Assembly: GCA_041641305.1 (NCBI GenBank)
Contig: JBEPYN010000002.1
Coordinates: 96,001 to 160,000 of the forward strand
DNA length: 64,000 bases
DNA from: Nitrososphaerota archaeon
GTDB lineage: Archaea > Thermoproteota > Nitrososphaeria_A > Caldarchaeales > Caldarchaeaceae
Direction of reading: 5' to 3'
The notes under the pieces: model-generated
What the model saw: only the letters and a program-made list of their open reading frames with translations
Told to the model about the DNA's origin: nothing
The model's database searches: none
Position numbers and translations under genes: made by a program
Shown here: positions 1 to 8,748 of the stretch, piece by piece
Layout: the number at the start of each line of letters is the position of its first letter
How positions within the stretch are numbered: the stretch's first letter is position 1

Positions 1-496
1 TACGGCCCAGCTTTTCACGGCCTAGCAAGACGCGCGCGAGGACCCTCGACACGTTTGTGTCCACCGCTATAAGCCTCTTGCTGTAAACGTGCACCAGCAC
101 TGCTGTCGATATGTAGTCGCCCACTCCGGGCAGATGGGCTAGCGTGCTTTCGCCCACTTCCCCCCTGCACAGCGCGCTGGCTATGCGCAGCAGCTCCGCA
201 GCCCTAAACCTGTAGAAGCCTAGAGGTTTTAGGACAGCCTCCAGCTCCTCTGGACCCGCTTTCTCAAGCAAGCACGGGTTAGGCCACCTTCTCATTATTT
301 CGGTGTATGCGCCCGCCGCCTGCTCCGCCCTCGTCTGCTGGAGGAGCTTCTCTGCCACTATTATCTCATACAGCCCTGAAGCCTCGCGCCAAGGGAAGCT
401 TCGGCCGTTCTTCTGATACCACGTCATCACTGCGTTCGATAGTCTGATGAACCTGCGGCGAAGCTCTGTTACGGCTGCCTTTTTCAACTTGTTCAT
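1..496 (-). CDS. HhH-GPD DNA glycosylase, MutY/MIG (T:G mismatch) family; 3' end runs off the window
   Basis: Manual translation from ATG at 496: MNKLKK...WYQKNGRSFPWR..YEIIVAEKLLQQT...LKPLGFY..RA...LPGVGDYISTAV...AVDTNVSRV. Shows the HhH motif and catalytic Asp (VDTN). Starts 4 nt after the MTase stop. Absent from the ORF track because it has no stop in the window. Confidence 0.9.
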   Translation of the reverse strand, partial: MNKLKKAAVTELRRRFIRLSNAVMTWYQKNGRSFPWREASGLYEIIVAEKLLQQTRAEQAAGAYTEIMRRWPNPCLLEKAGPEELEAVLKPLGFYRFRAAELLRIASALCRGEVGESTLAHLPGVGDYISTAVLVHVYSKRLIAVDTNVSRVLARVLLGREKLGR

Positions 497-500
497 AAAC

Positions 501-1547
501 CTACAACGCTGGCTGGTTATAGTTGCCTGTTATCTCCCACTTTACGGATCCAGCGCCGCCGGCGAGTCTCGGCCTCCACCTAGCTCTGAGAAACATAAAC
601 CCTCCAGCACTGCTCTCACTAATCTTAGCAGCTTTCAATGACTTTGCAACGGCCAAAGCAACAGGCGGCGGGACGGCGTTTCCGACGAGTCTATATTTAG
701 CCTTTATTCCCCCTAAGAAGCTCCACCATTGCGGGAAGCCTTGTAACGCTGCGCACTCAAACCAACTGAAGCGCCTGTAGTGCGATAGGGGCGCTGTCGG
801 GGCCCATCTTCCACCCCTTTTCTCCAGCGGGGGCGAGTCCGGGTGGAGCGGAACGTGTCTGCAGCTGGCTGGGATAACCCAGCTGACATCGTCCCAACAG
901 CGCCTCCTGTTTCGACTCCAGTACACGGGGCTAAAGGACTCAAAGCAGACATCGTCACCCTCTGGTGGAGGCATGCCCTTCAGCGCCTGGCCAATAGTGA
1001 CGTAGCTCCTCCCAGCCAGAGGTCCGTGGGTAGGCGTAGGGACCTCGTATTTTACGTCTAGAGATTTTTTGAAGCCGATGAAGAATATTCGTGTCCTGCT
1101 CTGCGCTACACCGAAATCCTTTGAGTTAAGGGCGAAGTAGGCAACGTTGTAGCCGGCGGACTCGGCTAGCCTTAGAAACCTTCTGAGGTATACCCCCCGA
1201 TACATCGTAGCAAGCCCTCTAACATTTTCCATCACAAACCCGTAGGCATCGCATTCCTTCACGACTTTTATGAAGCGGCGGAACAGCGTGAATGGTTTGC
1301 GGTGCTCTATGCTGCCCCTGTAGTTGCTCACGCCCTGGCACGGCGGGCCTCCTATAACGAGGTCGGCTTCTTGAAACTCTTCCTGCATGACGTCTACGCA
1401 TTTCGCCTCAATCCCCATGCTCTCCGAGTAAGTTAGGCATGCCCACCTATCGGAGTCGGCCGCCCGCAGTATCGAGAAGCCGGCCCTGGCAAATCCGTAG
1501 TCGAGTCCACCAGCCCCGCAGAAAAGGGATACAACACTACTAATCAC
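501..1547 (-). CDS. DNA (cytosine-5)-methyltransferase
   Basis: Motif I LFCGAGG, IV GGPPCQ, VI MENV, VIII QSRTRIFFIG, IX RRFS..ECAALQGFP, X GNAVPP. The TRD (SRNRRRCWDD..IPAS..VPLHP) resembles HaeIII/BspRI-type TRDs. Confidence 0.95.
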   Translation of the reverse strand: MISSVVSLFCGAGGLDYGFARAGFSILRAADSDRWACLTYSESMGIEAKCVDVMQEEFQEADLVIGGPPCQGVSNYRGSIEHRKPFTLFRRFIKVVKECDAYGFVMENVRGLATMYRGVYLRRFLRLAESAGYNVAYFALNSKDFGVAQSRTRIFFIGFKKSLDVKYEVPTPTHGPLAGRSYVTIGQALKGMPPPEGDDVCFESFSPVYWSRNRRRCWDDVSWVIPASCRHVPLHPDSPPLEKRGGRWAPTAPLSHYRRFSWFECAALQGFPQWWSFLGGIKAKYRLVGNAVPPPVALAVAKSLKAAKISESSAGGFMFLRARWRPRLAGGAGSVKWEITGNYNQPAL

Positions 1548-1631
1548 AACCTTTTTCTTGTAATCTCAGGTATAAAAGAATATCATGAACGACGCGTTGT
1601 CTGTCGTGTCTGCGCTTATTCCCTTATATGC

Positions 1632-1895
1632 ATGGCGCCTTCTGAGGAAGGAGATGTGTTTCTGAGGCGTGTTCGTCTGACAAGCGATGTCCACAGGCTG
1701 GTGGGAAGATACGAGGCGTGCTCCGCCAACTGGCAGGTCTACGTCTTGGTGAAGGAGGACTCTGTTTTGGAGCATCCGGAGCACAGGGCGCTCACTATTC
1801 CGCCCGGCGACTACATATTGTCACGTGTAAGTGAGTTGGATAGGGAGCGGTTTATCAACAACTCGGAGAGGTACACGCGGGCTGTTTCTGATTGA
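1632..1895 (+). CDS. Small conserved hypothetical protein (GDV...HxEH..LPPGxY..RxxE...V-x-D type, usually paired with DUF6745-like genes in phages/proviruses)
   Basis: EGDVFLRRV...VLEHPEHRALTIPPGDYILSRVSE...RAVSD; stop overlaps the next start. Confidence 0.65.
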   Translation: MAPSEEGDVFLRRVRLTSDVHRLVGRYEACSANWQVYVLVKEDSVLEHPEHRALTIPPGDYILSRVSELDRERFINNSERYTRAVSD

Positions 1896-2776
1896 GCGTA
1901 GTTAAGCTTACCACTCGTCCCTGGTATGTTAGGCTGGCACCGGTTTATGTCTGGGCCTCAGCCTCTCTAGCTGTCGCGTTTTCCCTATACATCCTTCTGC
2001 CTCTACCCCTGGTGTTGTTGTTCAGCCCTATATGGGTTGCCGGCAGCGTGGCGGTAGGGTATGTGTTTACACGTCATCTACGGGAGCGGTTGTGTAAGTG
2101 GCTCTATCCCGCAGACCATCATGACTTCTCAACCATAAGGCCCAAGAGGCTTATTCTCGAGGATGGGCGGCTCATGGGCTTTACATGTTACAGGGTTGTA
2201 CGATGCGGTTGCTGCAAGAAGCGGTACAGGTTTATCCCGGTGGGGGAGGACCATTTGACCCGTCTGCTGAGAGAGTTTTTCTGGAGAAAAGGGAGGCGTT
2301 CTGACGACCTTTTCCGGTCCGATAAGGCGTTGCTTGCAGGCGAGCTGAAAGGCTATGGGATAAGGCTTGAGACCGAATACACGGCTTTTTTCCGCAGGTT
2401 CTACTCGCTGAAGTACGGCGGCTCCCATAAGGTGCTTACGTTTTACAGGCCTCCGAAGGAGCTGGAGAAGATGACGGGTATAAGGAGAGCCGTGTTACAG
2501 GTGCTGGATAAAGCCAGCGGAGGTGACGAGAACGGGGTAATCTACCTCCTAGCTGTCAAAATCAAGATAGACGACAGCCACTACACTATGTCGACACACC
2601 TCCTAAGAATCATGAAGAACGGCCATGTCTGGCTGAACCAGACTCCTCACATGCTCCCGCCAAGGCTGGACGACCACCTCGCGTGGATTATGGGGCTTAA
2701 CCCGGGTGAAAGGATGGAGGCTGACCGTGGCGAGGCTGTGTGGCGGCCTCCGAGAAGGATACGCGGCCAGGGCTAA
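1892..2776 (+). CDS. Hypothetical membrane protein (2 N-terminal TM segments, C-terminal LAWIMGL motif), probably mobile-element derived
   Basis: 294-aa ORF coupled to the upstream gene; hydrophobic N-terminus, CGCC motif, C-terminal PPRLDDHLAWIMGL. Confidence 0.6.
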   Translation: MSVVKLTTRPWYVRLAPVYVWASASLAVAFSLYILLPLPLVLLFSPIWVAGSVAVGYVFTRHLRERLCKWLYPADHHDFSTIRPKRLILEDGRLMGFTCYRVVRCGCCKKRYRFIPVGEDHLTRLLREFFWRKGRRSDDLFRSDKALLAGELKGYGIRLETEYTAFFRRFYSLKYGGSHKVLTFYRPPKELEKMTGIRRAVLQVLDKASGGDENGVIYLLAVKIKIDDSHYTMSTHLLRIMKNGHVWLNQTPHMLPPRLDDHLAWIMGLNPGERMEADRGEAVWRPPRRIRGQG

Positions 2777-2786
2777 TACCCCTAGC

Positions 2787-2801
2787 AGTTGCACAGCAAC
2801 T
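2787..2801. promoter_or_regulatory. Palindrome AGTTGC-N3-GCAACT, putative operator or terminator
   Basis: Perfect 6-bp inverted repeat between the 2776 stop and the 2851 ATG; one half-site recurs upstream of the paralogous copy near 10108. Confidence 0.35.
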
Positions 2802-2850
2802 CTCGCACTTTCGCGCCACTCTCTCAACTTATCAGAGACCCTGTGCTGAC

Positions 2851-3075
2851 ATGGTTATGGCTACGTATAGGGAGAGGCTTGAGCAGGAGCTTGAAGGCTG
2901 GAAAAAGTTTAGGGAAGCATTACTAGCCGATGAGAGGGCCGCCTTCGACGACATGGTTAGTTGCTCGCTTAAGTATGCTGGTGGCTCAGAGGCTTACAGG
3001 GAGAGGAGAACCTTCGACCTGCTAGTCATGTCGTCACGGATATCGCATGAGGAGGGGATTGAGGAAGTTGGATGA
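2851..3075 (+). CDS. Small helical protein resembling the archaeal PolB2-associated small protein; possibly frameshifted near the 3' end
   Basis: YRERLEQELEGWKKFREALLADERAAFDDMV...FDLLVMS; second degenerate copy at 10160-10357. Confidence 0.55.
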   Translation: MVMATYRERLEQELEGWKKFREALLADERAAFDDMVSCSLKYAGGSEAYRERRTFDLLVMSSRISHEEGIEEVG

Positions 3076-3168
3076 AGGGTTGAGAACGAGGATGCGGCTC
3101 GACAGCCGGATTGACGAAAGTTTGTTGAGCAGGAACTAAAGAACGAGTTAATGAGCAGGACAGATGAA

Positions 3169-4086
3169 CTATGTTATTGCTGCGGATAGCGTTTCTTTTA
3201 GTTCTTCTAGGTTCTGGTATTTTTTGTTGGGTATGTGTTTTAGTGCTTCCGCTACTCGCATCCTCTTTGTTGGTTTGTGGTCGAATAGTTTCCATCCCTG
3301 CTTAGCTATTATTTCGTCCTTGGTTGCTGGGAATGTGGTGTCCTCTGCTAGGACTTCCACGAGAGACTCCAGACCAATCTTCCCAGTCACAGGCGGCATA
3401 GTCCCAGTCATCCTGTATGCCTTGAGCCTGGCGGCGTCCACATACATCTTGAGCCCGTGGAACGACAGCATAACCCTCTTGGAGGGGGCTTTCTCAGCCT
3501 TTGAATTTATTTCTATAAGCTCTTGGTCGTCGAACTGGTATATGTTATTTCTTCCCCTGCCGAAGAGCCTTGTGTAGGTGAGTTCGGGGTCATAGTACCT
3601 AGGCTCCACCCTCGACAGGTCTGCTACATGTATTATCCCCATGTCCCGCATCTCCCTGTAGCAGGAATCATCGACAAGGCCCCTAACCTCAACACCAACC
3701 CTAACACCCCTCGAATCGACTGAGGAGAAGAACCTTGTGACCCTTTCCGCATCGAGCCTAACGCTTCGGGGAACTTCTAGGATGAGTAAAGGGGCGTTTA
3801 GTATACGGCATATCCCAACCATTTTCTCAAATGCTTTGTAGGCCTCCTCAACGGGCCTAAGACCATGCACATGGGTGACAACCCTGCTACACTTAACTGT
3901 GAATATGAAGTTCTCCGGAGCCCTCTTTCTCCAATTGTGGCAGAGGCTGGCGGGAACATCCCTGTAGAATGTCGTATTCACCTCCACAAAGTCGAAAGCC
4001 CTAGAGTACTCCCTAAGCCTATCCCACGCAGGTATGTTGAAGTACATCCAGCCACCGGTTCCTATCAGGACCTCGCCAGCCATCAA
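3169..4086 (-). CDS. DUF72 (TIM-barrel, endonuclease IV-like) protein with C-terminal DUF2795-like helical domain
   Basis: IGTGGWMY, FDFVEVNTTFY, FTVKCSRVVTH, YTRLFG; C-terminal FPATKDEII...ALKHIPNKKYQNLEEL. Confidence 0.85.
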   Translation of the reverse strand: MMAGEVLIGTGGWMYFNIPAWDRLREYSRAFDFVEVNTTFYRDVPASLCHNWRKRAPENFIFTVKCSRVVTHVHGLRPVEEAYKAFEKMVGICRILNAPLLILEVPRSVRLDAERVTRFFSSVDSRGVRVGVEVRGLVDDSCYREMRDMGIIHVADLSRVEPRYYDPELTYTRLFGRGRNNIYQFDDQELIEINSKAEKAPSKRVMLSFHGLKMYVDAARLKAYRMTGTMPPVTGKIGLESLVEVLAEDTTFPATKDEIIAKQGWKLFDHKPTKRMRVAEALKHIPNKKYQNLEELKETLSAAIT

Positions 4087-4127
4087 AGAGGATTCTTAAA
4101 TCCCCGCTCATAACCATTGACCATGGT

Positions 4128-5294
4128 TTGTCAACCATACTACTTGGTACTTCTGGGTGGAGCTATGATGAGTGGGTTGGACCTATATACCGTAGCAGGG
4201 ATGAGCCAAGGCTTAGAAGGTACAGCATGTTCTTCGAGACAGCAGAGATAGACTCCACCTTCTACTCATACCCAAGAAAAGAGGTTATCACGTCTATGAT
4301 TAGGAATGTTTCCAGCGGTTTCATCTTCACGGCCAAGGCCCCACAGGAGGTTACACACAAGAGGGCCTTGGATGTCAAGGCCGAGGCACATGAGGCGATG
4401 GACAGGTTCCTAGACCTTATGAAGCCCATGAGAGACTCGGGGATGCTTGGATGCATCCTCCTACAGCTACCTCCAAGCATGCGTCTCAACTTGGACAGGC
4501 TGGAAAGCTTCCTCCAAGAGATAGACATGGAATTCAGGTATGCCGTCGAGTTCAGACATCCAAGCTGGATAAGGGATGAAGTTTTCCGAACCTTGAGCAA
4601 GTATGATGTAGCCTATACTGTGGTCGATGAGTCGCTTCTACCCCCTGTTGTTGAGGTTACGGCTGATTTCGCATACGTCAGGTGGCATGGGAGAGGCTCA
4701 GACCCATGGTACAACTACCTATACAGCGACAGCGAGCTCACGCCATGGATACCCAGAATAAGGAAACTGTCGGAAAAAGCCAAGACGGTATACGGTTATT
4801 TCAACAACCACTTCCACGGATACGCGGTATACAACTGCATCAGAGTGATGGAGATGCTGGGAATAGCCGAAGAAAAACACACAAAACTCAAAACACAGAT
4901 AGAAAACTACTTCACACTAGCAGGAATATCCCCTGAAATGAACAGGGAACCGGACGAGGTTGAACACCTCCTAACAACCCTCTCAGACCAAAAAAGAATA
5001 ACAAGAGCACATCAAATAAACGACCAAGACGTGAAGATAACTAGGTTAGATGATGATGTGGTAGAGGCCATTGTCAAGGAATACCCCGTACAAATAGACA
5101 TACAGGGAAAAACTATTAGACACAACTGCCCAGACTGGCACAAAACATCAGAAGAAAGAAAACTATGCAAACACATAAACAAACTCCTCCTCACGATACC
5201 AAAAGAAAAAACAAAAACAATACTACAAAACATCACACAAACACCACACAAATGGAACCTAGAAAATCCACAACAGAACCAAACGGAACGGTAA
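4128..5294 (+). CDS. DUF72 protein with C-terminal SWIM-like zinc finger
   Basis: GTSGWSY, EIDSTFY, LLQLPPS, AVEFRHPSW, YVRWHGR, YFNNH; C-terminal HNCPDW...LCKH. Confidence 0.9.
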   Translation: MSTILLGTSGWSYDEWVGPIYRSRDEPRLRRYSMFFETAEIDSTFYSYPRKEVITSMIRNVSSGFIFTAKAPQEVTHKRALDVKAEAHEAMDRFLDLMKPMRDSGMLGCILLQLPPSMRLNLDRLESFLQEIDMEFRYAVEFRHPSWIRDEVFRTLSKYDVAYTVVDESLLPPVVEVTADFAYVRWHGRGSDPWYNYLYSDSELTPWIPRIRKLSEKAKTVYGYFNNHFHGYAVYNCIRVMEMLGIAEEKHTKLKTQIENYFTLAGISPEMNREPDEVEHLLTTLSDQKRITRAHQINDQDVKITRLDDDVVEAIVKEYPVQIDIQGKTIRHNCPDWHKTSEERKLCKHINKLLLTIPKEKTKTILQNITQTPHKWNLENPQQNQTER

Positions 5295-5374
5295 AAAAGC
5301 TAAAGTTATCGGAATTAAGCTAAAAAGTAGCCCGACCAAAAAGGCTAAAGTCGGCCTTTAAAAATACAAAGGTA

Positions 5375-7098
5375 ATGTGGCGTCCTCTCCATCTGGGAGT
5401 GGTTGTGTTATTTATGCTGAGCTTTTTCCCTCCCACAACTGCTCAACAAATTGATGAAAGGGGGTTTTCTACGTTAGAGTCATTATTTTCAGTAGCTCGG
5501 ATTGGACATCGGTTACCCTGCTCGGTGAAGAAAAGCTTGTGAATGTTAGACACAGACTTATTGAGGGTGATGCCCCCGTCGACGTAGCTTGGGAGGGCAA
5601 GTGGTTTGGTGTGAGTAGATGTTGCTACCCGGAGAAGGTTATAAACGCTACGGTTGAATTCCAGCTCCTAATAACCAACCTAAACCCTGATGGTGTTATC
5701 AGGATGCAGATGCAGAAAGGAGACGTAGGCACTACCATAATCGCAATATATGACAGAGAGGGGAGGACGATTAAGCAGATAACTCATAGCGGGATTGTCC
5801 CAGGCTCTGGAGGGAGAAATCAGCTGAACTTTACAATAGACTCTGCGAGCGTAGCTTCCTCAGGCATGGTTACTATGCTTGGAAAGAGTGGCTACGATAA
5901 AATGGTTTGGGCCGCTTATTACCCATGGTATTTCAAAGAAAGTTGGAGGGATGCTAAGATGGCGGATAGGCCTCTGATAGGTGAGTATGCATCTGATGAT
6001 GAGAATGTGATCAGGTTGCATATACGCATGGCCAAGGCAGCTGGTATAGATGGTTTCGCGGTCTCTTGATGGGGTCCTAACACCTTCACCGACAAAAATC
6101 TGATAAAAATCCTCAAGATCGCGGCTGAGGAGGGCTTCCATGTTGCGGCGTATCTAGAGTCGCTGGGAGGTCGGGGAGAACCAAGACCATTAGCCGAGCT
6201 TGAGAGCATGTTGGAGTATCTGCTCACATTTTACGGCGGCTATTCAGCATACTACAAGCTCCATGGAAAGCCTCTGGTGTTTGTTTGGGCGGCATGGTCC
6301 CATGAACTGGAAGAATGGGGTACAATATTTGAAAACCTCAAAGAAAAAGGAATAAGAGCTATTTACATCGCAACCACTCTAGACACAAAGTATCTTTCGT
6401 CCTTTGATGGTTTACAAAATTATGGCGGCGACGAATTGGATAGGATTACGCAGGTGTATGGTAAAGTAGGGCCTATTGTTAAAACTTATCACATCTTATA
6501 CGGTGGTGTGGAGAAGATATGGGTACCGTCGGTCTGGCCAGGTTATGATGAGCGTCTCCTACCTGACCGTATGGGGCTTTTCTTTGATAGGGAAGAGGGA
6601 CAATATTATCTAGGGTTCTATTCTGCAGCTAGAGCTAGCTATCCAGACTGGATATGGATAACTAGCTTCAACGAGTGGTGGGAGAATACACACATAGAGC
6701 CGAGTCACAAGTATGGCTACAAGTATCTCTTCCTAACAGAATACATAGTAGCCAACTTTAAAAACAAACCCATCAAGCCCGATAAACTACTAGGTATAGT
6801 TATCGATTTAGAAAGCCCATTGAGGACTATAACTAAGTTAGCTGTTTCAACCATTACCGTTACCCAGCAACTGGAGACAACAAGATTCATACATAGTGTA
6901 GAAACTAGGACAGTGGAGGTTTTCAGAACCGTAACCACGGTCTCCACCCTTCTGACGGAAAAAAGAACAGTAGAGATAGCCGATATCATATTGGTGACCG
7001 CACCACTGCTGCTTGTCGCCACGCTGTCTACTGTCTACGCAATTAGAACTAGGAGAAAACATGCCTCTCTACACCGGAGAGAAACAAGGATCAAATAA
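5375..7098 (+). pseudogene. Membrane-anchored GH99/GH71-like glycoside hydrolase, disrupted by a frameshift (G5 run 5460-5464) and a nonsense codon (6067-6069)
   Basis: Signal peptide from ATG 5375; AYYPWY, PLIGEYASDD, AKAAGIDGFAVS*WGP (WW to *W), KPLVFVW, SVWPGYD, WITSFNEWWENTHIEP; Thr-rich stalk, TM helix and basic tail. ORFs 5539-6069 and 6208-7098 are in the same frame. Confidence 0.8.
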
Positions 7099-7432
7099 AC
7101 ACCAAGCAACCACCATACTCCTCCCCTAACTGGAAACGGAGGAATATATCACTCACAGTATTGGATTTTAGCTCTTAAGGGGAAAGATTTTATGATTCGA
7201 TAAATGAAGCAATGTAACAGTTGTTTTCCTCATTTTCCTGGGATGAGTGGAGATCCGACAAAATTTACACCCATAATAATAACAAAGAAAACGTCATAGA
7301 TACCTATGAAGATAGCCCTAATCAACAACCTGAGACTAAAGATCGTGGGGAGGGGGGAGTAATGCATTGTTGACGGCGCCAGGCACACAATAGCCAAAAA
7401 CTTATTAAGCCTCTTATAAAAGTATCAAAAAA

Positions 7433-8683
7433 ATGCAATCCTACAGTCAGTACATTGAGATGGGTGGTGCTCTTAGACTTGAGGGGGTCTTCCTTGAAAG
7501 TATCGTAGCGGCTTACTTATTAACAAAGGGTGAGGAGATAGTCCCAAGTCCCGAGACTAGGGGGATCCAACATGATGTATTAGTGAAGCGAGTTGATGGA
7601 TTCATATTTTACGAGTGCACGGGGCTTTCGGAAATTTCCTCCCAGAAAATCCATAGATTCAGCGACGACGTGAGAGAGTTAAATAAAAGGCTACAAGAGA
7701 GCGAAAAGAAGGGTCTAACAGCAGCGTATTTTGTTGCTGCAGTCCATGAAAATGCTTGGACATCAGAGGCTAAAGATGCATTTCAACGCGTTAAGACACG
7801 GTTACGTGAGAAGTTACGAATAGATGTAAGACTCTTACAGGGTGACGAACTATTACTGGAATTATTGCGTTCAGGAGTTTTGGGGATTAGGTTAGTTAAA
7901 GATAAAGTGTATTGGGCAGGACCAGAAGACCTTGCAATAAGGTATAATGCTCAGAGCAACAGTTTTCAATATGGTCGTTGGAACGAGCACTATGTATCGA
8001 AATTCAACATGCTACACTTCTCATTGCTTCCATCATTTTACTGGGAAAGCTACTATCGCCCGCTTTTCGAAGAAGCTGTAAAGGATAAATTGGAATTACC
8101 ATTATCGGTTTTCACTTACCCTGACCAAGAAGGACTTACATGGCGTAATATAAGAGACGCGGTTGAATGCTTTGCGTCTTATCTTAGCAGACTAAATCGA
8201 ACGTATGTTTGGGAAAAAGGAGAAGACTTCATTCTTGAACTTCATACGAGTAAGAGAGGTTACGATTCTTATATCCTGTACTTGTTTACATCAGGTGAGC
8301 AGAAGAGTCAATCTCCATACGAAGCTAGATATGTTTCCTTAACTCTATTATCATCCCTTAAAGGAAAGGCAGAAGACCTAATAAGCAAGTTTAAAGAGGA
8401 TGGTAAAATACCGAAAGAGGAAAAGGTCAGCGTTATAGTGGTTTCTACCACACAATACTGGTCTCCTCGGGCATGGGGTGCTGTGAAAAAGATCCCTGAA
8501 ACATATAGTGAGGAGGTGGGTTATTCTGAGCGGATTCCCGGAAATGAGTTATTAACACGGCTTTTTAACGCAGGCATTTTGGGGTTTAGGTTTAAGGAGA
8601 AGAACCAAGTGGCAATCGTAGGAGATGGAATCCCTGCTGTTAGAAAGACTGTGGAAGGATTGAAGGTTGCATCTAACGGATAA
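7433..8683 (+). CDS. Putative Mrr-like PD-(D/E)xK nuclease-fold protein with internal duplication
   Basis: LESIVAAYLLTKG...GIQHDVLV...FIFYECT at the N-terminus; repeated segments LQGDELLLELLRSGVLGIRL and IPGNELLTRLFNAGILGFRF. Confidence 0.6.
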   Translation: MQSYSQYIEMGGALRLEGVFLESIVAAYLLTKGEEIVPSPETRGIQHDVLVKRVDGFIFYECTGLSEISSQKIHRFSDDVRELNKRLQESEKKGLTAAYFVAAVHENAWTSEAKDAFQRVKTRLREKLRIDVRLLQGDELLLELLRSGVLGIRLVKDKVYWAGPEDLAIRYNAQSNSFQYGRWNEHYVSKFNMLHFSLLPSFYWESYYRPLFEEAVKDKLELPLSVFTYPDQEGLTWRNIRDAVECFASYLSRLNRTYVWEKGEDFILELHTSKRGYDSYILYLFTSGEQKSQSPYEARYVSLTLLSSLKGKAEDLISKFKEDGKIPKEEKVSVIVVSTTQYWSPRAWGAVKKIPETYSEEVGYSERIPGNELLTRLFNAGILGFRFKEKNQVAIVGDGIPAVRKTVEGLKVASNG

Positions 8684-8748
8684 TCCTGACTGCGACAATT
8701 ATAGGCGGTAACACATATATGCTTGTGGCGGATATTAAACGTCATAGT

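Noticed and set aside
5296-5352. Three AAGCTAAA-like direct repeats after the DUF72-SWIM gene
   Set aside because: Short, irregularly spaced and in A-rich sequence; not distinguishable from chance.
6067-6069. In-frame TGA as selenocysteine or programmed readthrough
   Set aside because: It replaces a Trp of the conserved SWWG motif (TGG to TGA), and the gene also has a frameshift, so decay or sequencing error is simpler.
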